NCBI GenBank assembly: GCA_977020255.1
Contig: CDROCS010001161.1
Coordinates: 1-64,000 of the forward strand
Length of the DNA: 64,000 nt
Direction of reading: 5' to 3'
Source: Obrimoposthia wandeli
Taxonomy: Eukaryota
Shown here: positions 37,000 through 52,561 of the stretch, piece by piece
Layout: the number at the start of each line of letters is the position of its first letter
Numbering within the stretch: the first letter of the stretch is position 1
Program-made: the position numbers and the translations under genes
Notes under the pieces: generated by a model
The model's input: the letters and a program-made list of their open reading frames with translations, nothing else
The model's database searches: none
Told to the model about the DNA's origin: nothing

Positions 37000-39420
37000 A
37001 TGTGATAGTATGTAGGAAAATATGTTAGGTTTTCAAGTAGTTGATTAATTGGATTACTCTATGTTCCACATATGGCCTTGTGTTCTCTTTGTGAAAAATT
37101 ATGAGAATCTTTTTATAAAGACATTAATTTTTATTAGCGACTTCCGAGTGAAGCTAGATAGACGTTGCTGTTAATATTGTGCTGTTTGCCTATTTCTGCC
37201 AGGCAAAGGTCATTCACATCGTTGTAGTCCCTTCAATAACAGGTACTTGGTTAACGAACTTTAACCATGATTTTCTTGTTGACAATTCGAGAGCGATCCC
37301 ATCAAACACACCCCATGGTCTATTTGCAATTGACGTATTTTGTAATTCCTGTTGGAGTTTTGCTGGGATTAACACACACCTTATTTCATTTGACATTCTT
37401 GAAGGGAAGTCATGAATCATCATGGGTCACTAGAGCTAGAAATAAACTTTTTTTTTCGTTTCACTTAGGTAATTAAGTAAATATGCAAACTCAGTTTGCC
37501 TTGTTGTCGAAGAGCTCGTATGGTAATTAGTGAATGAGTTTTGTTGGAAATTGATAATTCTTTAGTGCGTTTTTGTGATTTCTTATGTAAACTATTACTT
37601 TTCGATATTGGTAAGTGTATAACACTTATACCATTATTCTTCCAAAAGTACCATATGCTAAGTGTAATAATGGTGTTATTAATTCTGGATTAGTAGTAAT
37701 AACTACCAATTTCGTTTCTAAAACTCTTAATTTTTAATTTACAATCAGTCATTATTATTTTTTGGTATATTATTTCTATATTCATTAGTCCTTTGTGATA
37801 AAAGTAATCTAATTTATTGTTAGTGTAGTTTATGCATAATTATATTTTTCGTTACTTAAATACATGCCTTTATAATTTGTAGTATAAACAGAGTGTTCAC
37901 AACGGGATTCCTCTTTATTTTTTATAAATATTATTCTTAAACCTTGTTCAGTATATATTAAAATAGCTGGAGTTGATGTTTTTAGACTTTTACCAGTTCT
38001 GTATCTTTTAAATTATGTCTTTTGAAATTCGTTGGTCTAATTCCGGGTCGTCTTTAAATCTTTGTCCTTGAATTATTCGAAAAGTTTTTGATTTTAGATG
38101 TATTAATTTACATTGACCCGTTTTCACATTGTAGTATATTATTGAAGAACCTGTGTTACAGTGGCCTATATTTGCTTTGCAGAATGGCATCGTTACCATG
38201 GTGTTTGTGGAGAGTAAAATGTTTTTTTGAAAGTTCTTTGTTCGACCTCAAAATGTTTAATGACTACTAACCCACTTTGCTTGACTCACATTACGACGTA
38301 TGTTTCTGTTGTACATGTATCGTCAGATTTAATTGTACCTACAACTGAAATAATTTCTTGGATTAATATTTTTGTTACTTGGACTTTGATTTCTCTATCT
38401 ATTCTTAATTCTCCTGTAGAAAAAGCATCTTTACAATTTAAAGTGTCAACTATTACTGGTGTTTTCCCTAATGCCGGTTTTACTATTGAGTTGTGACTAT
38501 GTTGTCGACAATATGTTATGAATGTCTCTACATGTACTCTGCATTCAAAAACTTCAGAATTTATGAAGTCTATTTATTGATATAATTAATATAGTTTTGT
38601 ATTTTTAATTTTAATTTTAGCTCGTTTGGGTCGGGTCGGTGTCTGCACAATGTAGTAAATCCATTAAGGAATATTTGTTGAACACTTTTTTAGATAAATA
38701 CTTTTATGATGTTCTAACTTAAAATTAAATTCTGATAAATTTGCCAGCCATGTTTGAAATTGAGAACTGATTGGCTTTTTAGTCGTTCTTAAAACCACTA
38801 ATGCTTTATGATCTGTTCTTTTCTAAAATTTCCATTCCATGTAAATATTGTTTGAAATGCATAATAAATTTGTATACTGCTAAAAGTTCTTTTTTGGTAA
38901 CACAATATTCTTTCTCATGGGAAGTCAAATTTCTTGAAGCGTATGCAATCACTTTCTCTTTTCTCCCATTTCACTCAATACTGCCCCAATCGCACCAAAT
39001 CTTGCGTCTGTATCAATTATAAAATTTATATTTCGCCTGGGAATGTCTAATAAGGGAGCTGTTGCTTTTTTTCTTTCAGTAGTGCAAAACTTGTTTTACA
39101 ATCCGGTGACCATTGTATTGACTTCTTATCTCCGGACCACACCACTTATAGTGAAGCTGCAATATTAGCATAATCTTTAATAAATCGTCGATAATAGTTT
39201 GTGATTCCTAAGAATGATCTTAGTTTCCGTTACAATCTGGTTCTTTGAAATTTATAATTTTTTTCAAGTGGTATCGATAAAATTGGAATAGATTTCAATT
39301 TCTTCTAAAGAACATTCTTTTAGATTTAAATCTGGTTGATGGGAATTGGACGAATATGATAATAGCCCTCTTTCAAGATTTAACCACCAACAGGATTCAT
39401 AAATGACAAATAATCAACTT
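37000..39420 (-). mobile_element. Internally deleted Ty3/Gypsy remnant: RT thumb and RNase H joined to an env-like gene
   Basis: KLRSFLGITNYYRRFI at ~39181-39229; FIIDTDARFGAIGAVL, VIAYASR, TKKELLAV and TDHKAL at ~38720-39030; no integrase recognised before the glycoprotein. Left boundary approximate. Confidence 0.85.
37200..38700 (-). pseudogene. Chuvirus-like glycoprotein (env) remnant
   Basis: SLMDLLHC (~38647-38670), VFECRVHVETFITYCRQHSHNSIV (38481-38552) and FCKANIGHC resemble the SLLD...C / V.QCK..I...I.YCGMHSH.S.V signature. Left boundary approximate. Confidence 0.7.
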
Positions 39421-39786
39421 TAAATATCTCCTTGTCGATTGATTAAACAGAAAACTGAAACATATACATATAAATGTTTTGAAATACGTTTTAAATAGTT
39501 TCAATTCAATAAATATGCTTAAATCTATAATTCCTATAAATTAAAACAGGCATCTAAATGTATTTTAAAATAATGAATCTGAGGAGCAAAATTGTTACTA
39601 GCCAGCTAACCAAATTACTGCAGAATAAATATTTTAAAAATATGTGCTTTCCCACTTTGATTACTTTTCTAAAGTTCAAACTTATGAATAAAATTATTGG
39701 ATTAAATAAAATTGTTAAAAGTAAGAAATTCATTGACAAAAAATGCAAGACTCAGAAATATTTACTCCTGTTCTTTATTGGGCGTT

Positions 39787-40881
<1,095 letters not shown>

Positions 40882-41899
40882 ATTTCTAAATCTTCCGTGA
40901 TTGATAAATTCAATTAAAATGTGATTTGTTAAGCAATACTTTGTAAATAATTAATTTGTTATTATTCGTATTAGTATAAAATCAATGGATTTATTAGTTA
41001 TTAGTTATTTTCGTTTCTTTATTTATCTTTCTTTAACAAATCTGGTATTTAATAATGAGTAAATTATGTTTTAAATACTTTTTAAAATATAATAGTTTAA
41101 TTTTTTAGTTATATGCTTTTCATTTAAAATATTTTATTTTATTATTATCTTAAATTATTTTTTTCTTTATGAAATACAGTTCACTTTCAAAAAGTAGTAG
41201 TAAATGTGTATTTTGAAATTACATAGCAAAAATGTACTGTTTCTTTGCAAATATATTTATTATTATATTAACTAATACAATTTTGTATATTAAATAAATT
41301 TTTAAAATATTTTTAAAAAAATTGTTATAAAGGTTACTGATGTATTAAAATAATTAGATTGCTACGTTTCAAAGAAAATTTCCTAAAATAAAATCTGGCG
41401 TAATGTATTTTTTTATAAAAATAGTATTTATTATGTAACATGATGTACATTCTTTCGAGGAAAATTTATTTTAAGAAGAAAAAGGTAATGATAATTCAGT
41501 ACATTAATTGAGCAATTTCATTTGTTTCGTCTTCAACGTTTCCCAACAACTTACTAAGGGTCTTATTAAAACACCAAAAAATATTAACTTACTTTGCTAG
41601 TTCACAACTGGTATCATCTGATCTTCTATTTCACTAAACTATGCTAAATAAATGATCAATTATTTATTCCTAAACATCCTCCCCTGTTTGATTTAATTAG
41701 ATCAACAATAACATTTCTTTCGCCAATTATTTGATTGCTCAACTTTTCTTACTATCATAGTCTTGCTCAATACCTATAGAGATATAACCTAATTGTGCTA
41801 CCCTCTGTATACTTCAATCAATTATTCCAACCAGCCTTACCTTCACCTTAATCATCACACTTCAATCTGCACAAATGATTTATCAACATTAGTTCTACC

Positions 41900-43620
41900 T
41901 ATGTTCCAATATTTCCTTTTGTGACTCCTAGTTTTGTGATCTACTCCCGGAGTTACTTCCACTACTAACCCCAAATCCATTGCCCTCTCTCACTTTGTTA
42001 CCCACAATATATACTCCACTGTTATAGGTATGGGTTCTTGATTCTATCGCTGTCTTGGCGCCCACATTGATACGATCTCATCTATACATCTATTACATAT
42101 ATTTGTAGTCAATCTTAGCACTTTTCTCCAAACTGACTCTATGTTCTACCTTTGTCCTCCAAGATTTATTTCTCGATGTGCTTCTTAAATTAAGAAGTGA
42201 CTCGGTTTCAATGCTTCACTCTCCTACGGCCCATACTTGTTATTGTGATTGATCAGGAATTGATTAAACTTTACAGCTCTATGAATATTGTCTGCAATTC
42301 CTCATCGGTGATACCAGCTACTTTTAGGATTCTAAATATGACCTTTTTGCGAACTTAATCATAATCTTGAACGCTCCTCCAAAGTGTATGGCATAATTTT
42401 AGTTAAAAACTCAATTTATCTCAATTATCTCTAATTATCTCTTTATTGTGTAAGTATCTCTGTCCAGCTCCGTTAAATACTTTACCGCTCTGACAATATT
42501 CTTTCCATTATATGACATAATCATTCTGAGTCTTTCCTGTTTTCCAACCATCTGTTTCCAAACTATGTACTTTTTCCAAGTGTATTGCTCATGTCTGTAA
42601 ACCCGTGAACAGAAAGAAATACTTTTTCAACCTAACTTTGCCTGACCTCGGTTGGTTTAAAAACGGTCCTGCATAATATGCCCCAACATTAGCAAAAGTT
42701 CTGAGAAGCTATTTATACAGCTATTTATACATCTAAACCTTTGACAGCGGCTCCATATCAGCGGTCATACTGGATACTTTATTCTTTTGACATGTAACCC
42801 ACTTAATATCAACCCTTTTCATCAACCTTCTTGCCTTTGAAACACACTATTGCTTATTAAACTTACTTAAAATCTGTTGTACTCCGGCATAATGATGTAC
42901 CTTCACATGTTATCATTTATTACCAACTTTGAAGGCCAACTTCTAATATATTTCTTGTGTTTATTGAATATTTTGTCCAATAACTGAAAAGTCAGCATTT
43001 ATTATCCTTGTGTTTGCTCAAATTATTGTGTTTGGATCCACGATTTGACTTTAGAATCTTACTGTTATTATCTACATATTTTAGTTTTTCCAACTTTCTA
43101 TATCCTTACTAAAATATTTGTGTTGTTCATTCTTTATTAATCATTGCATTACATGTTTCGTATCTTCGATTCTCAGATCACCTAACTGTCTTTCTTCTTT
43201 TAAACGTATATTGTTTGTAAATCGTCTTATTAATGCCAAATTTTGTAAAATCGAGATTAATTAGAGTAAGTTTTGATCTCAAAACAAGCGATACATTTTG
43301 CTAAAAACATTATCACTTCCTCTTCCTCTTTCTTCTTCTTCTTCATGTCTCATGAAAAGTCTTCTTAAGATGGTTGATGTGGCAAACTCAACTCTCCTTT
43401 CAACATAAAATCATTTCTTTCCCACCATAACTTTACATGAAGCAATTGTTCTACTTCTACTCTTTTCGATAAGATATCAGTTGCCTTGAGTTTTGTAGGT
43501 ATATGCTTCCATTGACATAGCCTTCTTTCCTCTTGGATGAATCCTACTCAATTGGCTGCAAAGGTGCATACTAACAATCCAATTACCTGATTCATCATAA
43601 CATTTTCAGACTGTCCGACC
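41900..43620 (-). mobile_element. Decayed BEL/Pao LTR retrotransposon pol (RNase H-integrase region)
   Basis: QWKHIPTKLKATDILSK...KLWW (~43430-43530), FANVGAYYAGP (~42665-42700), LKPSHFLI (~42190-42215); many stops. Confidence 0.8.
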
Positions 43621-46600
43621 AAAATTCAAATCCAAATAAAATTTGTGATTTCAAATTTTCTTAGTTTATAAAGACATATTTTTGTGTGTGTTCCAAAGTG
43701 TGACTGGTGAATATATCCAAAGTCCCATACACAAAAGAAAATGTCGCTGGTGAAAAAAAACACATCAAAACATCAACGCACTCACACAAAATGTATCATC
43801 ACAAAATCGATATCACAAATTTTTGCACAAACACTTAGCACACACACCTAGTCAGAGATGCTACCACACTAACTGGAAGAGAAAGAGAGCGATCAGTATG
43901 CAGCTGGCCAATGCGCTAAGTGGAAAAAACAATGTGGTCAAAATCACTTTCTTATCTCTGTCACCTCTAACTAGTTACCTTCATAATGAGTCTGACCAAG
44001 GAAAAACGGGATTTTTACCCCGCCGGAGGCTAACTAAGCAAAAAATTCGTCTCCGATTGTGGGAATTTTGGTATTTGACAAAATGTCAATTCAAATAAAT
44101 TGGCTAAAATATTCAATTAATTAAATAATTATCTAAACCCAACACCTTCATATCTGTAGTCGTCTTTGTTTCTAATGTCTTTTTTACTAAGAGTTTAAAT
44201 TTCGTTTCAGTTATGCCGATCATTATTTCTTTTTAATATTTTATTTTGTGTACACATTCTCTGAATATTTTCTTTCCAAATACTATTTATGCTGGACACT
44301 TCCTGAAAATATTTTAATAGGTTAAATAAATTTTTTTTCCGACAGAGATATCACCCAGTGTTTGATTTAAATAATGCATGTTTACCAAATTTATTCTTAC
44401 CTTCTGTAGTCTTAATTGCTATAGTTTTCCTTTCTGATAATTTTCACGACTCTGAAAGACCTTTCTAGTGATTTCAGCTATTTGTTCTATACTTTCTATA
44501 TATTTCAATAACTTTTGATAATCAACATTACATAACTTTGTGTGATATTCGATTATAAAATCGTTTCTTTTCATTTCTGATATCCAAATTTTTCTGTCAA
44601 TTGTTTTAACGATATCATTTGTTATTTAAAACTTAATTTTTTTATTAAACTTGATGAGATCGCCATGGCAGAAAAAGTAAAATGAGTATTCATTGCAAAA
44701 TGTCATTCACAATTTCCACCACACAATGTCGAATTATTAAATAAGTATTCACTAGAGGATTTGATGATAATAATGTTCTCAGTAATTTTCAACATTCAAT
44801 GATGTACTCAAAAATGCCAATATTGATCAATCATGTAACTTTAATAACATTAAGAAGCAAAAATTATTGTTAGATTGAATCATCCATTTTAGATATTTAT
44901 GTCACAGAGTTTTCTAATATCATATTGTCTAAACTTATCGCTCTAATTCACTGGGTTCTGTCTCTGTGGATAAACCACGTAGTAGTATGTAACATTAGAA
45001 AATGTTTAGATGATAAAAAACACTTAAAAAATGAACACGATTCATGTAATAAATTGTATTAAAATCTTTGACGCTAATTCCAGTTAACAAGAGCAGCGGT
45101 CTAAAATTCAAGATTTAATTGTATTTATATAATAAAATTAAACTTACTAAAGCAGCTTATTAACTTAGCTAATTGAGATTATTAGTAGGTGAATCTATCT
45201 GGTCTAACCCACCCCTTACCCCAGGGGTACACTTGTCCTTTTAAACCGTGCATGTGTGAGAAGTGAAATTTTGTGTATGTGTGTATGAATTTCACATCCA
45301 ACCTCAAAAGCTGCTGAAATTGAGGTTCTAGTTGCTAATGTGGATGCCACGGAATAAAGAAGTGGTTCGAGCCACCTGAGATCCAGTAGATGCTGGTCTT
45401 ACCGTTGACGGTGATATCATTGAAGAGGTAACTGTTGAATTTTTTTTTTCCTCAAATTAGAAGGAATAAATATTTCCATGTAAGTTAAAAGTAAGATAGA
45501 CTTATACACTTCTTATATGCGCCATGTTCACCATGATCACGATATGGAAAGCGAATATTTTTTTTGATTTTTTAATAAATAATCATGTGAAATATTAAAA
45601 GTATTTAATCTTAATTTTGGAAAACATATTTTTAATGTCTTATATTTTTTCCATTAATTTCATCTAAATCATAAAAAATCCCATTTCAATATCAAAATTA
45701 GAATCAATTTTATCGAAAATACAAATTTCGCAAAACTATTTATTTCCTTCTTTCCATTTTAATAAAAGAAAATATAAATAAAAATATTAGAAAAATTAAA
45801 GTGAGATATAAATTAGTAAATTTATCCTTATAATCGAAAGACTTAAACGGGATATCTACATGAAATATAATATGTAAAATATGAAAAACATTGCATACAT
45901 CCATAATAATTCTTTTATAATATAATCTCCATCTTTATTAATGAAAGCATTGAAGTCAATAAAATATTCATGCTTAGTTATCTAAATATAACGTAAATGC
46001 TTTGTTTATAATAATTTAAAATAAAAAATCAGTAATAAAATTTTATCAAAATATCAAAATAATTTACCGAAATCTTACCGAATTTACCTAAGAATATAAA
46101 AATAAAATATATGAAATGTAATCCTATCTAAGTATTTTGAAAGTAAATTGCATAATTTATCAACAACTATTTGAATTTTTTCTTATATTCTTCTATTAAA
46201 TAAGGAGACAATTTAATTTTTAATTTATTCCACTTTTTTATCATACATCTTATAGAAACATGCAAATATAAAATTAATTTTTACTTAGTATTGTTATTTC
46301 AAATATTTAGACAATAACAGGATTTTTTTATAATAATATTAACGATAAATAATAGTTGCAAATAAATAAACTCAAAGAAACATATTTTAACAAAATTAAT
46401 TTTCTTCGAGAAGAGCCCTCTTCCGGTTTAAGATATTTTTTCTTTCAGCTCGTCGTTTATTCTCCATATCCAACTTTCATTTTTATTCTAATTGTCTTTT
46501 CTCTAACTCCACCTTCTTCTTTTAGCTAGTCGTTTCTCTTCTATCTCCACATTTTCATTCATTTGAGGAAATTCCATTTTTATATAATGAAATGATAAAT

Positions 46601-47010
46601 AAAGTTGAACATATTTATATAAATTTAGAAATAATTTTAATCCAATTACGTTATATAAAATAATTACATTTTTATATTTCCAGTATACTTTAAGTAATCA
46701 ATAAGTAATCGATATATAGAAATAAAAAAATCCTATAAGTTAGATGATATATGTATCCTAATGAAAATTTATAACTTTATTATAATTATATTAGTAAAAT
46801 TTAAAGATACTAGATAAAATAATATACATTTGTGGACAAATATATTTAATTTTATAAAGAAACTTTCATTTTTTTCAGAGGTATTAAAATATAGTTAAAT
46901 ATATTTGTTAAAATTTTTAAAATATAAAATAAATGATGTTATAAAAATTATATTCTTAACAATCTAATATTAAAATCAAAATAGACAGATAAAAAGATAA
47001 AGACTAGAGG

Positions 47011-47653
47011 TTACTTCTTAAAAATAATATTTTTATGGAAGCATTTCACAAAATCATCATCGATATAATCAACATTGATATCCCTCCGTTTTAGAAGGAG
47101 AGGTTCTGTTGGTACCGGTTGCTTTTTCTTCGGTCGGTCCGGATTATTCTTCGCTGCACAATCAATGGTTACTGTGCACAATTGCAGTCCCAGAAAGCTA
47201 TGGCAGGAACAGCCACAAATATTTTGGTGGCGCTGCAGTCGATGTAAACACTCCAACCGAGGAAGTTGGCAACTAAAGTATTGAGGTCTTCTTCTTCTTT
47301 GGTGCTGTCTTCTTTTTCTCCTCCTTTTCACACTCCAACTGTCGTGCCACTGCATCTTGTTGCCGTTTGAAAACAGGATGCATGACCGGTTCTTCCGGAG
47401 TTTCCATTTCCGCCATGAACTCGTCCAACCCTCATCGAGCCAGGTCCTCTTCAAATTCTGGATTGAAAAAGTCACCGGATGAGGAGATGTATAAACAGCC
47501 TCCAAAGCTTGCTTTAAGTTCTGACTTAGGCTGGATGGCTGCTGAATAACCGGTGGCGTTGGAGTCACCAGCAATATCGGGAGGAGAAGTTATATCGATC
47601 AGAGGGACAGGGATCTTCTCGTATTTATTTAAATGATTATAGTATGTTTGCAA
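47011..47653 (-). pseudogene. Unidentified GC-richer broken reading frame
   Basis: Overlapping ORFs 47432-47653 and 47011-47574 appear to be one frame-disrupted gene; no family recognised. Confidence 0.3.
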
Positions 47654-50600
47654 GAGGGACTAAATAAATATATGCTGTGCTCAATAACTGATTTAACACA
47701 TTATATCCTCAGTCCAAGGTCAAAGACGAAGGAAGAAACAAAACAATATTTGGTGTTTCTTTTTTGAATATAAAATAAAATTGGAATATCATAAATGAAT
47801 CTTTTCACACGAAACGAATCTTATATTGTGAGAGCAGTATCAAATTGGAGAGAAAATAGAAAATTTTATAGGAGATATATAGATATTCTATAAATATACG
47901 TAATTTTGCCGTCAGAGCATCGTTATATGGGTCAGAGTTTTCCCATTCATTGTCATAATAATTTTCCGAGTTGCTATTGTCGAGGTTCAAAAGGGGACAA
48001 ATTGAATTAAAAATGCAAATAAATGGCTAATATTTATAATCTTGACCAAGGACAAATTTATAAGAAAACAGAATTAAAAAAATATTAAAATTACGGTTTA
48101 ATACATAATAAAAATAAATAGGGAGTTAGAATCTCTAAATTAACTTCAAAATAGAGTTAATTAGCCTCAGGCGATCTTACTTGTGATTATATAAGTTTAT
48201 GTCACCAGGGGCACAATAAGATAAATGTAGGAGAATTTGAGGCATGAATAAACAGGAAAAAACGACAATTTTATAAATCATTTGAAAGCAGATAGCGTAT
48301 GTAATGGAGAATGAAATGCAGTAAGAGACTGTCAATAGAAACCAGGCCTAATCCCTGCACATAAAGGGACAATTCTCGACAAAATCAAAAAGGTATAATA
48401 ATATAACTAAGATTTGGTTTACTGATTCATATAAGGAACCCGATCTATTTGTGTTTGAAATATCGTCTGAGTCCCTAGGAAAAACCCTGCGAATTGTTCT
48501 AACAGTATTCCATTTAGGATAGATCGTGCATACCAACAGGTCATCTTACTTTCAGATTTGAGTGAATCAGAATAGGTCCTTCAGTAAGACTTACTCTCTT
48601 AGGAACTGGAGCGTTAGGTAAGATATGCAATAACTCTAACCACAACACCATCATTTTACTAGATCAAATCGTTTTCTGTGTCATTCAATGTATTGTTTAT
48701 ACAGAATTTCTTGAACAATTTGGTTTCAACATAAATTTCTATCAATGCTTCCCAGACCCATTTACACATCACCCACGGGAACTTCACATATGTAGCATTT
48801 TGGGGTTAACGTTTTGGTCCCGGCCAAGATGACGCTTATTTTGTAGTTGAGTTACTGTATATTAAAAAAACTATGTACAAAATTTTACATGTCATCCATA
48901 TTAGTTTCTTGTATAAGGAAGATTGACATGCGAGTCAAGCAAAAACGCATTGAGTTTTGAAAAAAGTAGGGTGGAAAAATAACAATTATTACTAAAAACT
49001 ACTAAAACTACTTAATTGCTTCTTTAGCTCGACAATAAATTTTAGAATCCATTTCGGTTATTTTTATTAATGATATTTTCCTATAATCACAGGAAAGCTT
49101 TAAAAATTTTAAAACAAAACACAAAGCCAAATAATAAAACATTTATTAAAAATAGCAATATACAATAGAGTAAAAAATCATTCAAACTTCTGATTACTAA
49201 AGGTATTATAATAATATTAGTAATAAAACTTATTTGTCTTGTCCAAAAGAAGAGAGGGGGCATTAGAAAGCAGATGTAAACCCAAACTGGGGTTGGTGAA
49301 ATCATATGAATCATACTTGTCAATTCTTGGTGGAAGATGCAAAGCTAGATAGACAGATAGAAAAAGAGAAGAGGCTTTTTTCAAGTTCAGAGTGGTCAGT
49401 TGAAACTAATTTTGTGAAGTGTATGACTATTCATACTACAAATCCATACAAGCATAACAGACAACCAAACATACACAACAAGCAAAGTACAGCTAGCAGA
49501 AAAACGGTACCACTGCAATCAAGAATCATAATTTTAAAATTGATTACAAGCTTAATGAAATTTAAAATTATTATACGAAGACTGCATGTAGTACAATTTT
49601 AATGAGTTGCTATTTTTATTAATTTAAATGATTGCTATAAATTTTATGTTTTTAGAATGGATTTTTTAGTAGAATTCTAGTAAAATATAAATTCTTATAA
49701 CGGGAATTGTACAGAAATAATTATAAAATTTAACGTGGTTAATTTAAATGAAAAAAATGAGAGGACAGGAATCCAATTGTTGTTTACCACTGTATTATTC
49801 ATCAAGTCATTTGTGAGTTTTGTGAAATGTGGACAAGTGAAAACTCGGTGACAGAATAACCACAAACCAGGCCGACAACATCCAATACAAACGAGGGTTC
49901 AAAAGAAACAAGAAAGATGGTGACAACGATCAATTAGACTACCTAATTTTTTTCAAAGGATTTTTCAATGGTTTTGTTGTATTTTAAATAATTTTTTTTC
50001 AAAGTAAAAAGAAAAAAATTGTGAATTGAAAAGTTTTTCTTAATTTTTGTAACCTAATCCAGAGTACCTAGTCATATTTTAAATGAGGTTTCAATGTGCT
50101 AAAAATAAATAAGAAACAACCTGATAAAGAAACAAACACCAAACAAATAAATAACATTGTACATTATCCTTCAATTTGTTTTAATTAAACTTGAAAAACT
50201 ATAGAATATTTTTTAAAATATCTAGCAAAAAATTACAAAAAAAGAAATCTGTTAAGATCGGTCTCAGATGTTTTGGGGGTTGTGGATTCAATGATTAGAG
50301 TTCAATTCACTGTCAATCGCAATCGTTTCACAATAGTTGCCTAGGATGGGTCAGAAATGTAAAACCTCCTTTTTCCGAAACCAACCCATGTTCACCGAAG
50401 AATGGTTCCAAATAACCCAACAAATCATCAAAATCACCATCAAATAGAAGCTACTAGCGGTGCAATTAAGACAGCAAATAAATGATTAGAAAAAATGCCC
50501 ACAGAAGTTGAATACTTCCCAAATGAAGTGATGCAGGATATCTCAAATACTTCTTCTTTTTCTTGTACTGAAGTAATTATAAACTTCCAGAAATTCCTAT

Positions 50601-52425
50601 AACAAGAAAAACAACCGGTGTAATTCATTAACATGGCAAGACCAAGTTGAAGTTAAATAATTATGAAAAAAAGATATATGACTCCCACCAAATTATAACT
50701 ACAATTTAAAATTTAATAATGTTCAAATATTCGGCCGAGCAAAAATAAGGAATACTCTTTTAATTTAATGAACAAATATGGAGATTTTAAACCACAATTC
50801 CGTCTTTAAAATACCTTTAAAATAAAGCAATTTAGAGCTAGTGTATGGTTTAAATTTTGATATTTCTTTATATACAAAAATAACATTCCTTATTTCTACA
50901 AAAAACCGTAAATGACACATTATATGACAAAAAAACTTTGGTATGTTAGGCTTAATTTTTTCCTAAAATCAAGTGTCCTTTCAAAAAAGACAAATTCACT
51001 CTTACACATTCTAGCAGTAATAGGATGACCTTCCTCTATGTCAAGGTAAACACTTCCAATTAAATTTTCAACGCTAATTTTATGACAATAATCCAAATCC
51101 CGTTTCAGTTGATTTATATTCTCACAATTATTAATTTAATTGCAACACAAACGGTTTTTTCTTGAACCCAAAATAATTACCAAAATCTGACAAAAAATTG
51201 ACAAAGAAATTTCAAAATGAGACAAAAATTAAACTAAATGATTTTTTATATGATGTAGGGTAGATATCGAGAATATTGTCTTACTTCCAAAAACTAACAA
51301 TTGTGACAACGGAAACTTCGTCAACAGGCCTCAAAAATCACCCAAAAATCAGCATTTGCAAGTAGAACATTTTTTGCAAACTCCCAATTCCAAGTTTAGA
51401 AAATAAAATAAAACATCCCCAAAAATCGCTGTCACAAAAACCATTACAAACCAACACGAACTTGTCAAGAAAGTCGTTCAAACACTTCAAAATCAGTCAA
51501 GCAGCCAGAACCGATTATAATTTCTACACTGAAACAATAAGAAAAGTTACACCAAGAATGCAGGTTTACTTTTTTCGACGAGGATTGATTAAGTTTTTGA
51601 AAGACATTTGTTAAATACATCCACACTCAGAATTTCAAAGACGATAAAGAAGAAGATGAAGAAGAAGATAACAAGAAATATACATCTTCTTAATAAAATC
51701 ACAATAGTTAGTTCTTAATTCTATCTGACTGACAGATAATGAAAAAGCAAAGCAATATAAACACCAGGCATTGATTCCTAACACAGACAATGAAGGGACG
51801 GGACTGGGATATATAGGATCAAAAAGAGAGAGAGAGATAGAAAGAGATTGCGACCAACTACTCCAGTTCAACCTCCGACATTCAGGGAGCTTGGAACGAA
51901 CTTCCTGGACGTCTTCAGCCCAACAGAAGAGACTAGAATTAGACAGCTTCCGACAGCAACATTCTGGTTAGAGTTTTCTTGTGTACTTAAGACAGTTGTG
52001 TTTCTAGTGTTTGTTCAACAGAAAAGTCCAGATTTCAGCACAAAACATCTTTATAAATGTGTGTGTGAAACCCGAATTGCAAACTGCACTACAAAAAGAG
52101 GCATATTTAGAATGTCGAGGCAAATATGACAGGAACAAACACGACAAGAGGTCGGATCAAGAAATGAGAAACGCCAGTTTTAAAAAAACACTGTAAAAGT
52201 ATTAGAAAAAATTGTTTTAACGATACATTTTCTTTCAACTATTTTTCCGGAGTTGAAAGGTTCAAAGTTGTGGTGGCGTCTCTAATCTTACCGATCAAGT
52301 ACGTGAGAGACCGAATATTCACCAGTTGTGTACGTCTGTAAAATGGGAGATTGAAACTGTGTATGTATCAATCTGATGTGCATTTACACTGATGTCGGAC
52401 AGGAGTATGGTTATGAGAAAGGGTC

Positions 52426-52561
52426 TCAGACAATGGTACCGGGCCAGGAGATGATCTTGAGAATGACCCGGTTCTGGGTCCGCTTCAGAATGAGCACTGC
52501 GTCACTGTGGGCCATATTAGTCAGCGGCAAGTTGTTCACCTCCAGCAAGATGTCACCGCAT
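52426..52561 (-). CDS. LNX: Terminal coding exon of an LNX1/2-type (Ligand of Numb X) multi-PDZ protein
   Basis: Acceptor ttcttcctctgcag then CGDILLEVNNLPLTNMAHSDAVLILKRTQNRVILKIISWPGTIV*, matching the LNX C-terminal PDZ ending in SWPG. Upstream exons not recognised in the window. Confidence 0.8.

Noticed and set aside
45320-45430. Possible plus-strand exon ending DGDIIEE|GTAACT
   Set aside because: In-frame stop upstream and no family recognised.
48545-48600. Minus-strand CUGAAG...GAAA enclosed by one helix
   Set aside because: Only one stem; not a three-way hammerhead junction.
48340-51600. Scattered fragments suggestive of further Gypsy integrase, RT and protease remnants on the minus strand
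   Set aside because: Too degraded to give diagnostic motifs or boundaries by eye.
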